From positions 5,664,001 to 5,728,000 of the forward strand of contig OZ242374.1 in assembly GCA_965209055.1 (NCBI GenBank): a stretch of DNA of 64,000 nt, written 5' to 3'. The notes under the pieces are model-generated. The model was not told where the DNA came from. It ran no database searches and saw only the letters and a program-made list of their open reading frames with translations. The translations under genes and the position numbers were made by a program. Positions within the stretch are counted from its first letter, which is position 1. The number at the start of each line of letters is the position of its first letter. Of this stretch, positions 37,383 through 48,533 are shown one piece after another. This stretch comes from Acidobacteriota bacterium. GTDB lineage: Bacteria > Acidobacteriota > UBA6911 > RPQK01 > JAJDTT01.

Positions 37383-38858
37383 TCACAACGTCCAACCGGA
37401 ACGGTATTTCTTTCGCAGCAGCGCGTCGGCCTCCGGAGAGTTGGCGACCCGCAGGTTGTCCGCGTCCCAGTCGAGTTTGGCGCCGGTGCGATAGGCGACG
37501 CTCCCCAGCATGACCGCCTCCGAGATGGGGCCGGAAGCGCCGAAGTTGCAGCCCGTCGGGCTCCCGGTTTTGCAGGCGGCGATCCACTCGGCGCGATGGC
37601 CGACTTCAGCCGTCCGACGCCAGTCCGGGTGGTTCTTGTACGCGGCTACCCATGGAGCGCGAAGGCCGATCTCCGCACCGATGGAAGGCGGGATGCTCGG
37701 TTCGGGCGGCTCGAAGTGTGCGAACTTTTTCTCAGGCCAGAGCATCCGCTGCCCGTAGCTTGCCAGCAGCATTCCCTCGGTGCCCACAAAAACGCCCCAG
37801 GCCCATTTGGGGAAGTCGTTCTCCGCAAACACCGGCGGCGGCTGACTTCCGTGGGTCCAGGTCAGGATGACCGGCGGCATCTCTCCGCGGGCCGGGAACC
37901 GGTAGCGGACATGAAGCTGCCCCGGTGCCGTCTCTGGGTGGGGTGGCGGCCCCTGGGCCTCCACCGAGACCGGATAGCGGAGATCCAATGCGCGGAAGGC
38001 CGGCGTCAGGTAGTGGCAACCCATGTTGCCGAAGCTGCCGGAGCCGAAATCCCACCACCGATGCCAGTTGCCGCCGCAACCGCGGGAATAGGTGGGGTGG
38101 TAGGGACGGTAAGGCGCCGGTCCCAGGAAAAGATCCCAGTGAAGCCCTTTGGGGACGGGTGGCGACTCGGGCGGGCGGTCACTCGCACCGCGTCCCGAGC
38201 GGAGCCAGATGTGGCACTCCTCCACCGCGCCGATGGCTCCGGCGCGAATCAGTTCGACGACGCGGCGGTGGTTGTCCGAGGCGTGCATCTGGGTTCCCAA
38301 TTGCGTCGCCACCTGCTTCTCGGCGGCCACCTTGGCCATCATGCGAGCCTCGAAGACCGAATCGGCGCCCGGCTTCTCGCAGTAGACGTGCTTCCCGCGC
38401 CGCATCGCCGCAACACTCGCCGGAGCGTGGTTGTGGTTCGGAGTGCTCACGACCACGGCATCGATCTGGCGATCCAACTCGTCGAGCATCCTCCGGTAAT
38501 CGTTGAATTTCCTGGCTCGTCCATAGCGGGCGAAGGCGTGGCTCGGAGGATTCCGGCGTCCCGGAGTCAATTCGGCCACCGACCGCTCGTCCACGTCGCA
38601 GAGAGCTACGATGTTCTCCCCGGTCATTTCCGGCTGTGAAGCCGGCTTGACTCTCATGCCCGACCGGAACTCCACGTTCTCCCCCGCTATGTGGACGAGG
38701 TTCCATCCTCCCATTCCGCCGGCGCCGATAACGGCGACGTCGAGCTTCTCATTGGCCGGGTAGCCCCAGACCGAACGGCTGTTGGGGAGAATCACCAACC
38801 CCGCCGCTGCACGGCCCGTAGTGGCGAGAAAACTCCGGCGCTTCCACTGATTCGTCAT
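37383..38858 (-). CDS. Gfo/Idh/MocA oxidoreductase with Tat signal (copy 2)
   Basis: RRSFL, IGAGGMG, HVYCEKP, GNMGCH; same length (491 aa) as copy 1. Confidence 0.92.
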   Translation of the reverse strand: MTNQWKRRSFLATTGRAAAGLVILPNSRSVWGYPANEKLDVAVIGAGGMGGWNLVHIAGENVEFRSGMRVKPASQPEMTGENIVALCDVDERSVAELTPGRRNPPSHAFARYGRARKFNDYRRMLDELDRQIDAVVVSTPNHNHAPASVAAMRRGKHVYCEKPGADSVFEARMMAKVAAEKQVATQLGTQMHASDNHRRVVELIRAGAIGAVEECHIWLRSGRGASDRPPESPPVPKGLHWDLFLGPAPYRPYHPTYSRGCGGNWHRWWDFGSGSFGNMGCHYLTPAFRALDLRYPVSVEAQGPPPHPETAPGQLHVRYRFPARGEMPPVILTWTHGSQPPPVFAENDFPKWAWGVFVGTEGMLLASYGQRMLWPEKKFAHFEPPEPSIPPSIGAEIGLRAPWVAAYKNHPDWRRTAEVGHRAEWIAACKTGSPTGCNFGASGPISEAVMLGSVAYRTGAKLDWDADNLRVANSPEADALLRKKYRSGWTL

Positions 38859-38998
38859 TTTTCCTTCTCCATCAGCATTTGGCTGTTCCGTGAGAACTGA
38901 CTTGGATGACTCGGCAATATTGCTCCAACGTCCGAACCTGGGTCAATGGGTTTCGACTTTACTTGACAGCATCGCCGGGGATCTGCCAGTTCTTCCAC

Positions 38999-40348
38999 GT
39001 GCAGGCCCGGCACCTGATCCTCCTCGGCATGGTGATCGCCGCGTCGGTCCCTGCCTGCAAAATGGAGACCGGCACCCGCCAGGATCGTCCCAACTTCATC
39101 CTGATCCTGGCGGACGATCTCGGCTACGAAACTCTGGGCGCCTACGGCGGACGCTCCTACTCGACGCCGATGCTGGACCGCCTCGCCCGCCAGGGGATTC
39201 GCTTCGACCACGCCTATTCCCAGCCGCTCTGCACCAACACCCGCGTGCAATTGATGACGGGGCGCTATCAGCACCGTTACTGGCAAGGCTTCGGAATCCT
39301 GCCGAAAGGGGAGCGGACGTTCGGCCATCTGATGCAGGAGGCGGGCTACCGGACGCTGATCTCCGGCAAATGGCAACTGCACAGCTACGACCCGGTGGAC
39401 TATCCCGGGGCGGCCGTGAGACGGGGGACCGGGATGCGGGGCGCCGATTCGGGATTCGACGAATATCTGCTCTGGCATGCCTGGCACACCGAGGACAAGG
39501 GATCGCGGTACGCGAACCCCACTTACGACCTCAATGGCAAGCTGGTCCGGGAGCAGACGGGGGCTTACGGGCCGGACCTCTTCGTGGAATACATCAACGA
39601 TTTCGTAGAGCGGAACCGGGACGGCCCGTTCTTTGTGTACTACCCAATGGCGCTCCCGCACGACCCCTTCGTACCCACTCCCGACAGCCCCCAATGGCAG
39701 GACGAATCCCAGCGCCACGAGCAGGACAAGGCCTACTTTGCCGACATGGTCGCCTACATGGACAAGCTGGTCGGTAGTATCGTGGCCAACCTGGACCGGC
39801 TCGACCTGCGCCAGCGGACTCTGGTCCTGTTCTACGCCGACAACGGCACCCACAGGATGATTTCTTCGCAACTTGGAAACCGGACGGTCCAGGGAGGCAA
39901 GGGAAAGACCACCGATGCCGGAACCCGAGTCCCGATGATCGCCAGTTGGCCCGGCACCGTTCCGGCCGGCGTGGTCTCACAGGATCTCATCGACTCGGTG
40001 GATATCTATCCGACTTTGGCGGAACTGGCAGGCTACCGGCTTCCGGACGAGCCCCCGATCGACGGCGCCAGCTTCGCGGATCGCTTGTTGGGCCGTAACG
40101 GCCGTTCCCGCGACTGGGTCTTCATGCACTTCGAGCCGAGGCCGGGATGGGACAAGGACAAGTACTCGCAACTCACGTTCGTTCGCGATCGGCAATACAA
40201 GCTGTACGGCAATGGAGAACTCTTCGATGTCGAATCCGATGTGCTGGAAGCCGATCCCATCCAGATGTCCCAGCGCACCGAGGAGCAGCGGCGGATCACC
40301 GGGAAGTTTCAGGCCGTGCTGGAGAGGCTCGAGGGCCGGGAGGAATGA
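38999..40348 (+). CDS. Cys-type sulfatase
   Basis: RPNFILILADDLG, CTNTR (CxxxR), GKWQ, LPHDP, ADNG; start uncertain (38906-39029). Confidence 0.9.
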   Translation: MQARHLILLGMVIAASVPACKMETGTRQDRPNFILILADDLGYETLGAYGGRSYSTPMLDRLARQGIRFDHAYSQPLCTNTRVQLMTGRYQHRYWQGFGILPKGERTFGHLMQEAGYRTLISGKWQLHSYDPVDYPGAAVRRGTGMRGADSGFDEYLLWHAWHTEDKGSRYANPTYDLNGKLVREQTGAYGPDLFVEYINDFVERNRDGPFFVYYPMALPHDPFVPTPDSPQWQDESQRHEQDKAYFADMVAYMDKLVGSIVANLDRLDLRQRTLVLFYADNGTHRMISSQLGNRTVQGGKGKTTDAGTRVPMIASWPGTVPAGVVSQDLIDSVDIYPTLAELAGYRLPDEPPIDGASFADRLLGRNGRSRDWVFMHFEPRPGWDKDKYSQLTFVRDRQYKLYGNGELFDVESDVLEADPIQMSQRTEEQRRITGKFQAVLERLEGREE

Positions 40349-40360
40349 CCGGGCGACGCC

Positions 40361-40401
40361 GATCCGGCTGCGTTTTGTGACGCAGAATTCGGATCTCTTT
40401 T
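40361..40401 (+). terminator. Probable intrinsic terminator
   Basis: GATCCG..CTGCGT / ACGCAG..CGGATC interrupted stem followed by TCTTTT. Confidence 0.5.
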
Positions 40402-40499
40402 CGATCCGGGTTCGGGAAGGCCCAGACAAGGGGCGAATGACGAGGCCGAATGGGATACTCCCGTTGCGGCACAGGTTCCTTCAACCTGGAGGATAGACG

Positions 40500-42023
40500 A
40501 TGAGAACGAGAATTTTGGCTGTCGTGGCGTGTCTCCTGACGGTTTCCCCGGGTGCGGCGGCCCCCGCGGAGCAGAGCCAAACCGAGGCGCCCGTGGAGAT
40601 CGGCACCCGATTGGAACTCTTCGTCGATCACTACCTGATCGATCGGCTGGAAGGAGCGCGCCTGACGCTGGGACGCCCCGAGCCGGCGGGAACCGTCCTG
40701 AAGGCGGACCGGCCCTGGGAGGGCCCCTTCAATTTCGGATACGAGGTGATCCGCGACGGCGGCATCTATCGCCTGTTTTACCGGGGCTGGTCCGAAGACG
40801 ATTCAGTAGTCGTCTGCTACGCCGAGAGCCGCGACGGCGTCCGCTGGGAGAAACCCAATCTGGGACTCGTGGACGTGGCGGGCACCCGGGAGAACAACGT
40901 CGTAGCCCTGATGGAGGAAACCGGCCTCAGTCCCATGTCCAGCCTCTATCCCTTCGTCGACTCCCGCCCCGGCGTGCCGGCCTCCGAGCGCGTGAAGGGA
41001 ATCCGCGCCATCCTCCAGTCCAAGGAACCCTTCCTCATGCACGTCTACCTGTACGGTTCCAAGGACTGGTTCCGGTGGAGCCGGTTGCGAGAGGAGCCCA
41101 TTATCGCGACCGGAATCCGCAATGCCTTCGACGCTTCCAACTATTTCTTCTGGTCACAGACGGAAGGACTCTACGTCTGCTACTTCCGCTACATGGTCAG
41201 CCGGCCCACCGACCCTTCTGCGACAGGACTCCGGTCCGTTCAGCGCGCCACCTCCCGGGACCTGATCCACTGGTCCGAGCCGAAGGGGATGATCTACAGC
41301 GATACCGGGACCGCCATACCCTCCGACCACCTGTATACCAACAACACGGAGCCCTATTTTCGAGCCCCCCATCTCTACGTGGGTCTGGCCGCCCGTTTCA
41401 TGAGCGGCCGGCGCGTCGTGACCGACGCCCAGTTGGACCGGATGCAGATGGCGTCACAAGGGGGGAATGTCTACTACGGGGACTGTTCGGACGCGGTCCT
41501 CTTGACGACCCGGCCCGGGACCACCCGGTTCGACCGGACCTTTCCGGAGGCCCTGGTGCGGCCGGGGCCGGGGCCGGAGAACTGGATCTCCCGGACCAAC
41601 TATCCGCTCAAGGGAGTCGTGCAGACGGGACCCGCGGAGATGTCTTTCTTCGTGAGCCGGCACTATGCCCAACCTTCCTGGCACATCGAGCGCTTGACCC
41701 TGCGCCTGGATGGATTCAGCTCGGTTCGGGCTCCCTACCAGGGAGGCGAGATGCTCACGAAACCCCTGGTCTTTTCGGGAAAACAGTTGGTGATCAACTA
41801 CGCCACCAGCGCCGCCGGAAGTCTTCGAGTGGAGGTTCAGGACATGGAAGGCCGCCCCTTCCCCGGACTCTCTCTGTCCGACTGCCCGGAGATCATCGGG
41901 GACGAGATCGAACGTCCGGTCACGTGGGAAGGCCGCCATGATCTGGGGCAGCTCTCGGGGAAGCCGGTTCGGCTCCGCTTCGTCATGAAGGATGCGGACC
42001 TCTACTCCATGAGGTTCCAATAG
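40500..42023 (+). CDS. Secreted family X propeller-like protein
   Basis: Signal peptide, LELFVDH, RPWEG, YAESRDGVRWEKPNL, LRLDGF, TSAAGSLRVE, DADLYSMRF. Confidence 0.75.
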   Translation: MRTRILAVVACLLTVSPGAAAPAEQSQTEAPVEIGTRLELFVDHYLIDRLEGARLTLGRPEPAGTVLKADRPWEGPFNFGYEVIRDGGIYRLFYRGWSEDDSVVVCYAESRDGVRWEKPNLGLVDVAGTRENNVVALMEETGLSPMSSLYPFVDSRPGVPASERVKGIRAILQSKEPFLMHVYLYGSKDWFRWSRLREEPIIATGIRNAFDASNYFFWSQTEGLYVCYFRYMVSRPTDPSATGLRSVQRATSRDLIHWSEPKGMIYSDTGTAIPSDHLYTNNTEPYFRAPHLYVGLAARFMSGRRVVTDAQLDRMQMASQGGNVYYGDCSDAVLLTTRPGTTRFDRTFPEALVRPGPGPENWISRTNYPLKGVVQTGPAEMSFFVSRHYAQPSWHIERLTLRLDGFSSVRAPYQGGEMLTKPLVFSGKQLVINYATSAAGSLRVEVQDMEGRPFPGLSLSDCPEIIGDEIERPVTWEGRHDLGQLSGKPVRLRFVMKDADLYSMRFQ

Positions 42024-42069
42024 AAGCCGTGTGATCGTGGCCCCGGGAAGCCGCGCCGCGGCTGCGGAC

Positions 42070-43440
42070 TCAGTACGCTTCCGTGAACCCGAACAACGGC
42101 GGGTTGCTCATCCACTTCCCCTGGGTGAACTCGGGGAAGTCCACCGGTGCGCTCGACCGCCGGATCGACTGCTCGGAGAGGGGCGAGATCGCCATCCAGG
42201 CCGCCATGTCGTAGACGTCGATGGGGGTGTTGATCTTCCGCTTGATGCACTCCTTGAAGGCCCGGAGCTCCAGAAAGTCGGTTCCGCCATGTCCTTTGCG
42301 GATTCCCGCGGCCAGGTAACTCTTCCATAGCGGATGTTCGTACCGCTCCTGAAACCGATCGAAGGATTGCCACCGGTGCCGTGGCTCCATGCCGTCCAGG
42401 TAGATCATGGACTTGTTCTTGGAACTGCCGTCTGCATCCTGCATCCAGATTCCTTTCGTACCCTGGACCACGTACAGAAAGGTGTTGGGCCGCGGCAGAC
42501 GAGTGTCGAACTTGATGACCACCGTCTCCTCATTGGCACACTTGATGGTGGTGGTGACCAGATCCCCCTGTTTCCAGGCAATGTCTCGACGCGGGTGACC
42601 GGGAGGAAGATTGTCCTGGGCCCATTTGCGCAAGCCTCGTGACTTGGTCGCCATAGAGGTCAGGTACTCGAAACGGTTCCCCCGCTGAATGTTCAGACTA
42701 TGGGCGATGGGGCCGATGCTGTGGGTGGGATAGAGCTCTCCGTTACGGTATTGGTTGTGCGTGGAGCGGTAGTCCCCTTCCCCCTTTGGAGTGGGGCCCG
42801 TGCCCTTTCCCAGGACCAGGCGTTCGCGCAGATCATGGGCATACCCGCACTGGCAGTGGATCAGTTCCCCGAACACACCCTCGCGGACCATTCTGAGGAT
42901 CGCCATGTTGTATCGCGCATAGCAGTTATTCTCCAGGAGCATGCAGGGAACCCGGGTCTCCTCGTAGGTCTCCACCAGGTTCCAGCACTCTTCGATGGAG
43001 TTGGCCGGACCGACTTCGACTCCCGCGTAGATTCCGGCCTTCATGGAATCGATGGCCATGGGGATGTGCAGTTCCCAGGGCGTTGCGATGACGACACCGT
43101 CGAGGTCGTCCCGTTGCAACAACTCGAGGTAGGAACTCTCATCCTCTCCGTAGCCCTCGGGACGTGGGCGGCCCGACGACTGGACCCGGGCCTGAGCCCG
43201 GCGCAGGTTGTCGGGGGCGATGTCGCAAACCGCCGGTATGCTCACGTCGGAAAACCGCAGACACAGCCTGAGCAGATTCGATCCCCGGCCCCCTACGCCG
43301 ATGAATCCGAGGCTGACCTTGCGGTCATCGGCGCCTTTGAGGACGGCGGGCTTCAGACCGACGCCGAGACCGGCGGCGGACACCTGCTTGAGAAAACTTC
43401 GGCGGTCGGACGGCGGGGCGCTCCTGTTCGGTCGGTTCAT
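42070..43440 (-). CDS. Gfo/Idh/MocA protein, GH109 (NAD-dependent alpha-N-acetylgalactosaminidase)-like, Tat signal
   Basis: DRRSFL, IGVGGRG, ATPWELH, GVEV, LENNCY, YAHDL, YPTHSIGP, GHGGTDF, DVYDMAAW. Confidence 0.88.
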   Translation of the reverse strand: MNRPNRSAPPSDRRSFLKQVSAAGLGVGLKPAVLKGADDRKVSLGFIGVGGRGSNLLRLCLRFSDVSIPAVCDIAPDNLRRAQARVQSSGRPRPEGYGEDESSYLELLQRDDLDGVVIATPWELHIPMAIDSMKAGIYAGVEVGPANSIEECWNLVETYEETRVPCMLLENNCYARYNMAILRMVREGVFGELIHCQCGYAHDLRERLVLGKGTGPTPKGEGDYRSTHNQYRNGELYPTHSIGPIAHSLNIQRGNRFEYLTSMATKSRGLRKWAQDNLPPGHPRRDIAWKQGDLVTTTIKCANEETVVIKFDTRLPRPNTFLYVVQGTKGIWMQDADGSSKNKSMIYLDGMEPRHRWQSFDRFQERYEHPLWKSYLAAGIRKGHGGTDFLELRAFKECIKRKINTPIDVYDMAAWMAISPLSEQSIRRSSAPVDFPEFTQGKWMSNPPLFGFTEAY

Positions 43441-43660
43441 CCTCTTCCTCCTGGTCCGGGCGAGACCTCTTCCCGGCGGCAGGGCCGGCGGTCCGTGGCG
43501 AATGCCGCGGCGCCCCCACCGGATCCGAATCCGGGCAGCCCGGGTTGCTTCCGGATCACATATGATCGAACATGCCCGTTCGACAGGCCTTGTCCGGCGG
43601 GCCGAGCTCCGGTCTCGGTGCTCCGCGGGACTTCTGCCACGGACCGGCACGGGAGCACCA

Positions 43661-44053
43661 ATGGCTCGAAGACCCGCCACTCTGGCACTTTTGCTCTGCG
43701 CCCTGTTCACGGCAGCCCGATCGGATCCTGCCTTGGCCGCCCCGCCTTCCGGACGGGGGGAGCCCACGAGAACAATTCTGCGATTCTCCAATTGTCGGGT
43801 CCTGTTCGACCGCGTCCAACAAGACTATCCCACCTGTGGTGCCTCTTTCCTGTACCGGAAGGGAACGCTGGAACTCATTTTCCTCCGTCCCACGGAAGAC
43901 GGCCGGGGCCACGAGACATTCCTGACTCGCAGTGACGACCTGGGAAAGACCTGGTCCGATCCCGTCTCATTCGGTCCGCCGGTGGGAGAGCCGGATGTTC
44001 TACGAGATGGAGGCTGCTGGCCCCGGCCAGCCATCCGGACTACCGTCCGGTAA
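43661..44053 (+). pseudogene. Truncated secreted BNR/Asp-box (sialidase-like) protein
   Basis: Signal peptide and a single Asp-box (SDDLGKTWS), then loss of similarity and an early stop. Confidence 0.55.
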
Positions 44054-44113
44054 GGAAACAATAGAGCCGGTTCCAGGTGCCGGGAACCTCAGCTCTCTTG
44101 AGGAGAACCGCCC

Positions 44114-45574
44114 ATGACGCTCCGAACGATCGTCCCTTTACTGGCGTTCTTTGTCGTCGGGGCTGCGGTCGCGCAAGAGAACACGCGGCCGAACTTCCTG
44201 ATCGTGCTGGCGGATGATCTGGGTTACGGCGATCTGGCTGGTTACGGTCATCCCAAGATCAAGACGCCCAACCTGGACCGGTTGGCGCGCGAAGGACTGC
44301 GGTTGACGAGCTGTTACGCGGCGGCGCCGAATTGCTCCCCGGCGCGGACCGGGTTCATGACGGGGCGAACGCCCTATCGGGCCGGCGTGCACAACTGGAT
44401 TCCCATGTTCTCTCCCATGCACGTCCGGAGGGAAGAGATCACGGTCGCGACGCTGCTGCGGAACGCTGGATACGACACCTGTCACGTCGGCAAATGGCAT
44501 CTTAACGGCGACTTCAATCTGCCCACTCAACCGCAACCCTCGGATCATGGCTTCAACTACTGGTTTTCCACGCAGAACAATGCCCTGCCGAATCACCGCA
44601 ATCCCGACAACTTCGTCCGCAACGGCAAACCGGCCGGACAACTCGAGGGCTATGCCGCGCCGCTGGTGACCGACGAGGCCATTCACTGGCTGAAAGAAGT
44701 CCGGGACAAGACGAAGCCGTTCTTCATGTATGTCTGCTATCACGAGCCGCACGAGCCGATCGCGAGCGACAAGCGGTTCGCCGATCTCTATCCTTCCGGC
44801 GACCCCAGCTATCGAGCTCATCACGGCAACATCACGCAACTCGACGATTCCTTTGGGAGGCTGGCCGAGACCATCGACGAGCTTGGTTTGCGCGACAACA
44901 CCTTCGTCGTTTTTACCAGCGACAACGGACCGGCGATCACGGGAATCCACCCGCACGGATCGGCGGGACCCTTGCGCGGCAAGAAGGGGTATCTCTACGA
45001 GGGCGGCATCCGCGTCCCGGGCATCATCCGCTGGCCGGGACATGTCAAGGCGGGGTCCGAGTCGGACGTTCCCGTCAGCGGCGTCGATCTGCTGCCGACG
45101 CTCTGCGATCTCGCCGGAGTGTCCGTGCCCGGACGCCGTACTCTCGACGGTGTCAGCATTCGACCCCTGCTGGCGGGAGCGCCGCTTGAGCGGACGACGC
45201 CACTCTATTGGCACTTCCTGCGGGCTCGTGGAAAGCCCAAAGTCGCCATGCGCGCCGGGGACTGGAAGATCCTGGCGCACCTGGACCAACCCGACCTGCG
45301 AGTCACGGCCGACATCGTGCCCGACGAGATGCGGATGCTGAAGACCGCGAGGCTGGCGCGGTTCGAGCTGTACAACCTTCGCGTCGACATTGGCGAAACC
45401 CGGGATTTGGCGGAACGAGAGCCGCAGCAACTGGCCAGACTTGCAGATCAATTGCGGTCGATGTACGCCGATGTCCAGGCGGAGAGCCCGGTGTGGCCGG
45501 CCTGGAAGTGGCCCCGATACGAGGCGCAGCGAATCGAGTGGCCTCCATACCGCAATCGGCCCAGGAACAAGTAA
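44114..45574 (+). CDS. Cys-type sulfatase
   Basis: RPNFLIVLADDLGYGD, CSPAR, GKWHL, HEPH, SDNG, LYEGGIRVP. Confidence 0.95.
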   Translation: MTLRTIVPLLAFFVVGAAVAQENTRPNFLIVLADDLGYGDLAGYGHPKIKTPNLDRLAREGLRLTSCYAAAPNCSPARTGFMTGRTPYRAGVHNWIPMFSPMHVRREEITVATLLRNAGYDTCHVGKWHLNGDFNLPTQPQPSDHGFNYWFSTQNNALPNHRNPDNFVRNGKPAGQLEGYAAPLVTDEAIHWLKEVRDKTKPFFMYVCYHEPHEPIASDKRFADLYPSGDPSYRAHHGNITQLDDSFGRLAETIDELGLRDNTFVVFTSDNGPAITGIHPHGSAGPLRGKKGYLYEGGIRVPGIIRWPGHVKAGSESDVPVSGVDLLPTLCDLAGVSVPGRRTLDGVSIRPLLAGAPLERTTPLYWHFLRARGKPKVAMRAGDWKILAHLDQPDLRVTADIVPDEMRMLKTARLARFELYNLRVDIGETRDLAEREPQQLARLADQLRSMYADVQAESPVWPAWKWPRYEAQRIEWPPYRNRPRNK

Positions 45575-45656
45575 GACCGTTCGGTAGCCACCCGGTTCTT
45601 CAAAATGGACTGGCGTCCCGGCACTCACCAGGCTTGGGCCTCCAGGCTCGAATGGA

Positions 45657-47111
45657 CTACCACTCCAGACGGCTGTCGTCCGGGCCGAGTTCTCCGGGCC
45701 CCCGAATTCCCCGACCTTTTCGTTGGGTGAGCTTGTCTCCCAGCTCGTCCCGCATCCGGACCGCGTACCGCCGCAGCCGCTCAACGATCTCCGGATGCTC
45801 CGGAGCAAGGTCGGAGACCTCCCCCACGTCTTGCTTCAGGTCGAACAGTTCCAGTCCGGTCTCGGCCTGATCGTAGGGGACCGGGTAGCCGCCGGTCCCT
45901 CCGGCCCGGCCCGACAGCGTTCGGTACTGGTGAGGAAAGTGGAGCTTCCAGCGGCGGTCCCGCACGGTCTGCAGTTGGCCGTTCCGGTAGTAGGAAAAGA
46001 AGGCCTCGTGAGGCGAGCGAGCCCCGGGTTCCGCGAACATCAGGGAGCGGATGTCCCTCCCGTCAATCTTGTGCCCGGGCAGCTCCGCGCCGATCAGAGC
46101 CGCGACCGTCGGAAAGACATCGATGGTAGAGGCCAGTTCGTTGCACTCCGTTCCCGCCGGGATCCGCCCCGGCCAGCGCATCAGGGTGGGGACCCGGATT
46201 CCCCCTTCGAACGACGTGCCCTTGCCCTCCCGCAGCGGAGCCGCAGACCCGGCATGATCCCCGTAGCTGAGCCAGGGCCCGTTGTCGGAAGTGAAGATCG
46301 TCAGGGTGTGCCGGTCCAGGTTGGTGCGTTCCAGGGCATCGAGGATCTGTCCCACCGACCAGTCGATCTCCATGACCACGTCGCCGTACAGGCCCCGTCC
46401 GCTGCGGCCCTTGAACTTGTCGGAGACGTAGAGCGGCACATGGACCATGCTGTGGGGCAGGTACAACAGAAAGGGGCGATCGCGGTTCCGCTCGATGAAA
46501 TCCACGGCGCGCTCGGTGTACTTGGCCGTGAGCCGACTCTGGTCCTGCCCCGTGACCCTGGGATTGATGACCTGATTGCCCTCGATCAGGGGCAGATCGG
46601 GAAAGCGATCCCCGGCGGTGGGGTGCTCGGGCCACATGTCATTGGAATAGGGCAGGCCGTAGTATTCGTCGAAACCGTTCTGCAGCGGCAGGAACTTGGG
46701 ATGGTGGCCCAGGTGCCATTTCCCGAAGCACGCCGTGGCGTAGCCCCGGCTTCGACACAGTTCCCCGAGGGTGACTTCCCGGGGGTGGATGCCGATGTGG
46801 GAACTCGGCCCCAGAGCCCCCGACAAGCCGATCCGGCGGTGATAGCAGCCGGTCATCAAGGCGGCCCGGGACGCCGTGCATACCGCGGATGAAACCTGGA
46901 AATCCGTGAACCGCATGCCCTCCGCCGCCATGCGGTCCAGATTGGGAGTCGGGTAACCCTGGGCGCCGAAGGGGCCGATATCGGCGTAGCCCATGTCGTC
47001 AATGAAGACCAGAACGATGTTGGGCGGGCGGGCCTCCGAAGGATCCGGTGGGCGGGTTTGCGAACAACCGCAGAGCGAGATCACCGCCGCCGGCAACAAA
47101 CCCCGGAGCAT
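45657..47111 (-). CDS. Cys-type arylsulfatase
   Basis: [44 protein letters not shown]; start estimated. Confidence 0.93.
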   Translation of the reverse strand: MLRGLLPAAVISLCGCSQTRPPDPSEARPPNIVLVFIDDMGYADIGPFGAQGYPTPNLDRMAAEGMRFTDFQVSSAVCTASRAALMTGCYHRRIGLSGALGPSSHIGIHPREVTLGELCRSRGYATACFGKWHLGHHPKFLPLQNGFDEYYGLPYSNDMWPEHPTAGDRFPDLPLIEGNQVINPRVTGQDQSRLTAKYTERAVDFIERNRDRPFLLYLPHSMVHVPLYVSDKFKGRSGRGLYGDVVMEIDWSVGQILDALERTNLDRHTLTIFTSDNGPWLSYGDHAGSAAPLREGKGTSFEGGIRVPTLMRWPGRIPAGTECNELASTIDVFPTVAALIGAELPGHKIDGRDIRSLMFAEPGARSPHEAFFSYYRNGQLQTVRDRRWKLHFPHQYRTLSGRAGGTGGYPVPYDQAETGLELFDLKQDVGEVSDLAPEHPEIVERLRRYAVRMRDELGDKLTQRKGRGIRGPGELGPDDSRLEW

Positions 47112-47257
47112 TCTGGAATAAGATCTCAACACGAGTCCGGACATCGGAATGAAGAGTTTGCAGCAACGTTCCCGGGCCGCCTTGACAGGCGAATTTCGAG
47201 AAAAAGCATACTCTTGACTCAAGTCCAGGGATACGCCTGATACCATTTCGAACAATT

Positions 47258-48475
47258 GTGAGCCTGCTCCTTCCCACAACCGTCGCGTGCCTGCTGATCA
47301 CCGGCATGGGTCTTGCCCTCGTGGGCAGCGTGAAACTGGCGCTGGCGGAAAAGCTCCGGATCGACGAGGGCCGGGTCGGCGGATTGGTGTCGCTTTTCGG
47401 CTTCACCACAATCCCGGTGATCCTCACCGCCGGCTTCCTGACCGATCTGATGGGACGGCAGGTGGTCCTGGTCGGCGGCACCGCCCTGATGGTGCTGGGC
47501 CTCTTGACGCTGGCGGCCTCGCACCGCTATGCCACGGCCCTGGTTTCGGTGCTTCTGCTCGGTGCCGCCTGGGCGGCGCAGATCAACGTGATCAATGTGT
47601 TGGTGCCCCACGTGCTGAAGCCTCCCGCCTTTCTCTCCGGGGATATTCCGGCGATCTCCTTTGCCACGAACCTGGGAAACGTCTTCTTCGGCCTGGGGGC
47701 ATTCCTGACTCCGCTGTCGGTCTCGTGGGCCCTCGGCCGCCTGGGACTCGCTCCGGGCCTTCGACTGCTGGCGGGACTCGTCGCCCTCCAGGCCGTGATG
47801 GCAGGATTCTCCGACCTTCCGGCCGCAATGTCGGCGGGAGGGGGAGGCAGCGTATTGGGTCCGGAGACCTGGTCCCTGCTGGGAGATCCCATCATGTGGC
47901 TCTGCTCCATGGCGCTGTTCTTCCACGGTCCCCTGGAGGCGGCGATGGGCACTTGGACCACCACCTTCCTGGGGGACCGGGGGGTTTCCGAGGCCCGGGC
48001 GGCGAAACTGCTGTCGGCGTTTTGGCTGGCCTACATGGCGTCGCGCCTGTTCACCGCATTCGTGCTGGGACCGTTTACCGCGCGATTCGTCTCCGGACTG
48101 GGACTGGGAGCCCCGAGCGAAGCAGTGCTGATCCTGGTCCTGGCGCTGGGCTGCATCGGGGTCACCTCGGGCGTTGTCCGCAGCCGGACCCGGCGGTCGG
48201 CGACCGCTCTCGTCATCGCGGCGGGCCTGATCTTCGGCCCGATCTTTCCTTCAATCATGGCTCTGCTGCTCGGCCATTTTCCGGGGCCGGTCCAGGGACG
48301 CGCTGTCGGGCTCCTGTTTGCCATCAGCGGCCTGGGCTGGACCTTCATCCCCATGGCCATCGGCGCCTACGCCCAGCGGACGAACGTGCAGAGGGGTTTC
48401 CTGATCGCCGTCGGATCGGCCATCGGCCTGTTCCTGGTGGCGGCGCTCCTGACCCTCGCGGCCACCGGCCGCTGA
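47258..48475 (+). CDS. MFS transporter
   Basis: About 12 hydrophobic segments, [10 protein letters not shown] motif A, GPIFP. Confidence 0.9.
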   Translation: MSLLLPTTVACLLITGMGLALVGSVKLALAEKLRIDEGRVGGLVSLFGFTTIPVILTAGFLTDLMGRQVVLVGGTALMVLGLLTLAASHRYATALVSVLLLGAAWAAQINVINVLVPHVLKPPAFLSGDIPAISFATNLGNVFFGLGAFLTPLSVSWALGRLGLAPGLRLLAGLVALQAVMAGFSDLPAAMSAGGGGSVLGPETWSLLGDPIMWLCSMALFFHGPLEAAMGTWTTTFLGDRGVSEARAAKLLSAFWLAYMASRLFTAFVLGPFTARFVSGLGLGAPSEAVLILVLALGCIGVTSGVVRSRTRRSATALVIAAGLIFGPIFPSIMALLLGHFPGPVQGRAVGLLFAISGLGWTFIPMAIGAYAQRTNVQRGFLIAVGSAIGLFLVAALLTLAATGR

Positions 48476-48533
48476 GTGCGGAGCTGGATCCCGGCCGATC
48501 TGAATCTCGATGAGCCCACCGGCCAATGATTAA

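Noticed and set aside
43566-43583. LexA (Cheo) box
   Set aside because: Spacer is 6 nt rather than 4, and the flanking genes are not repair genes
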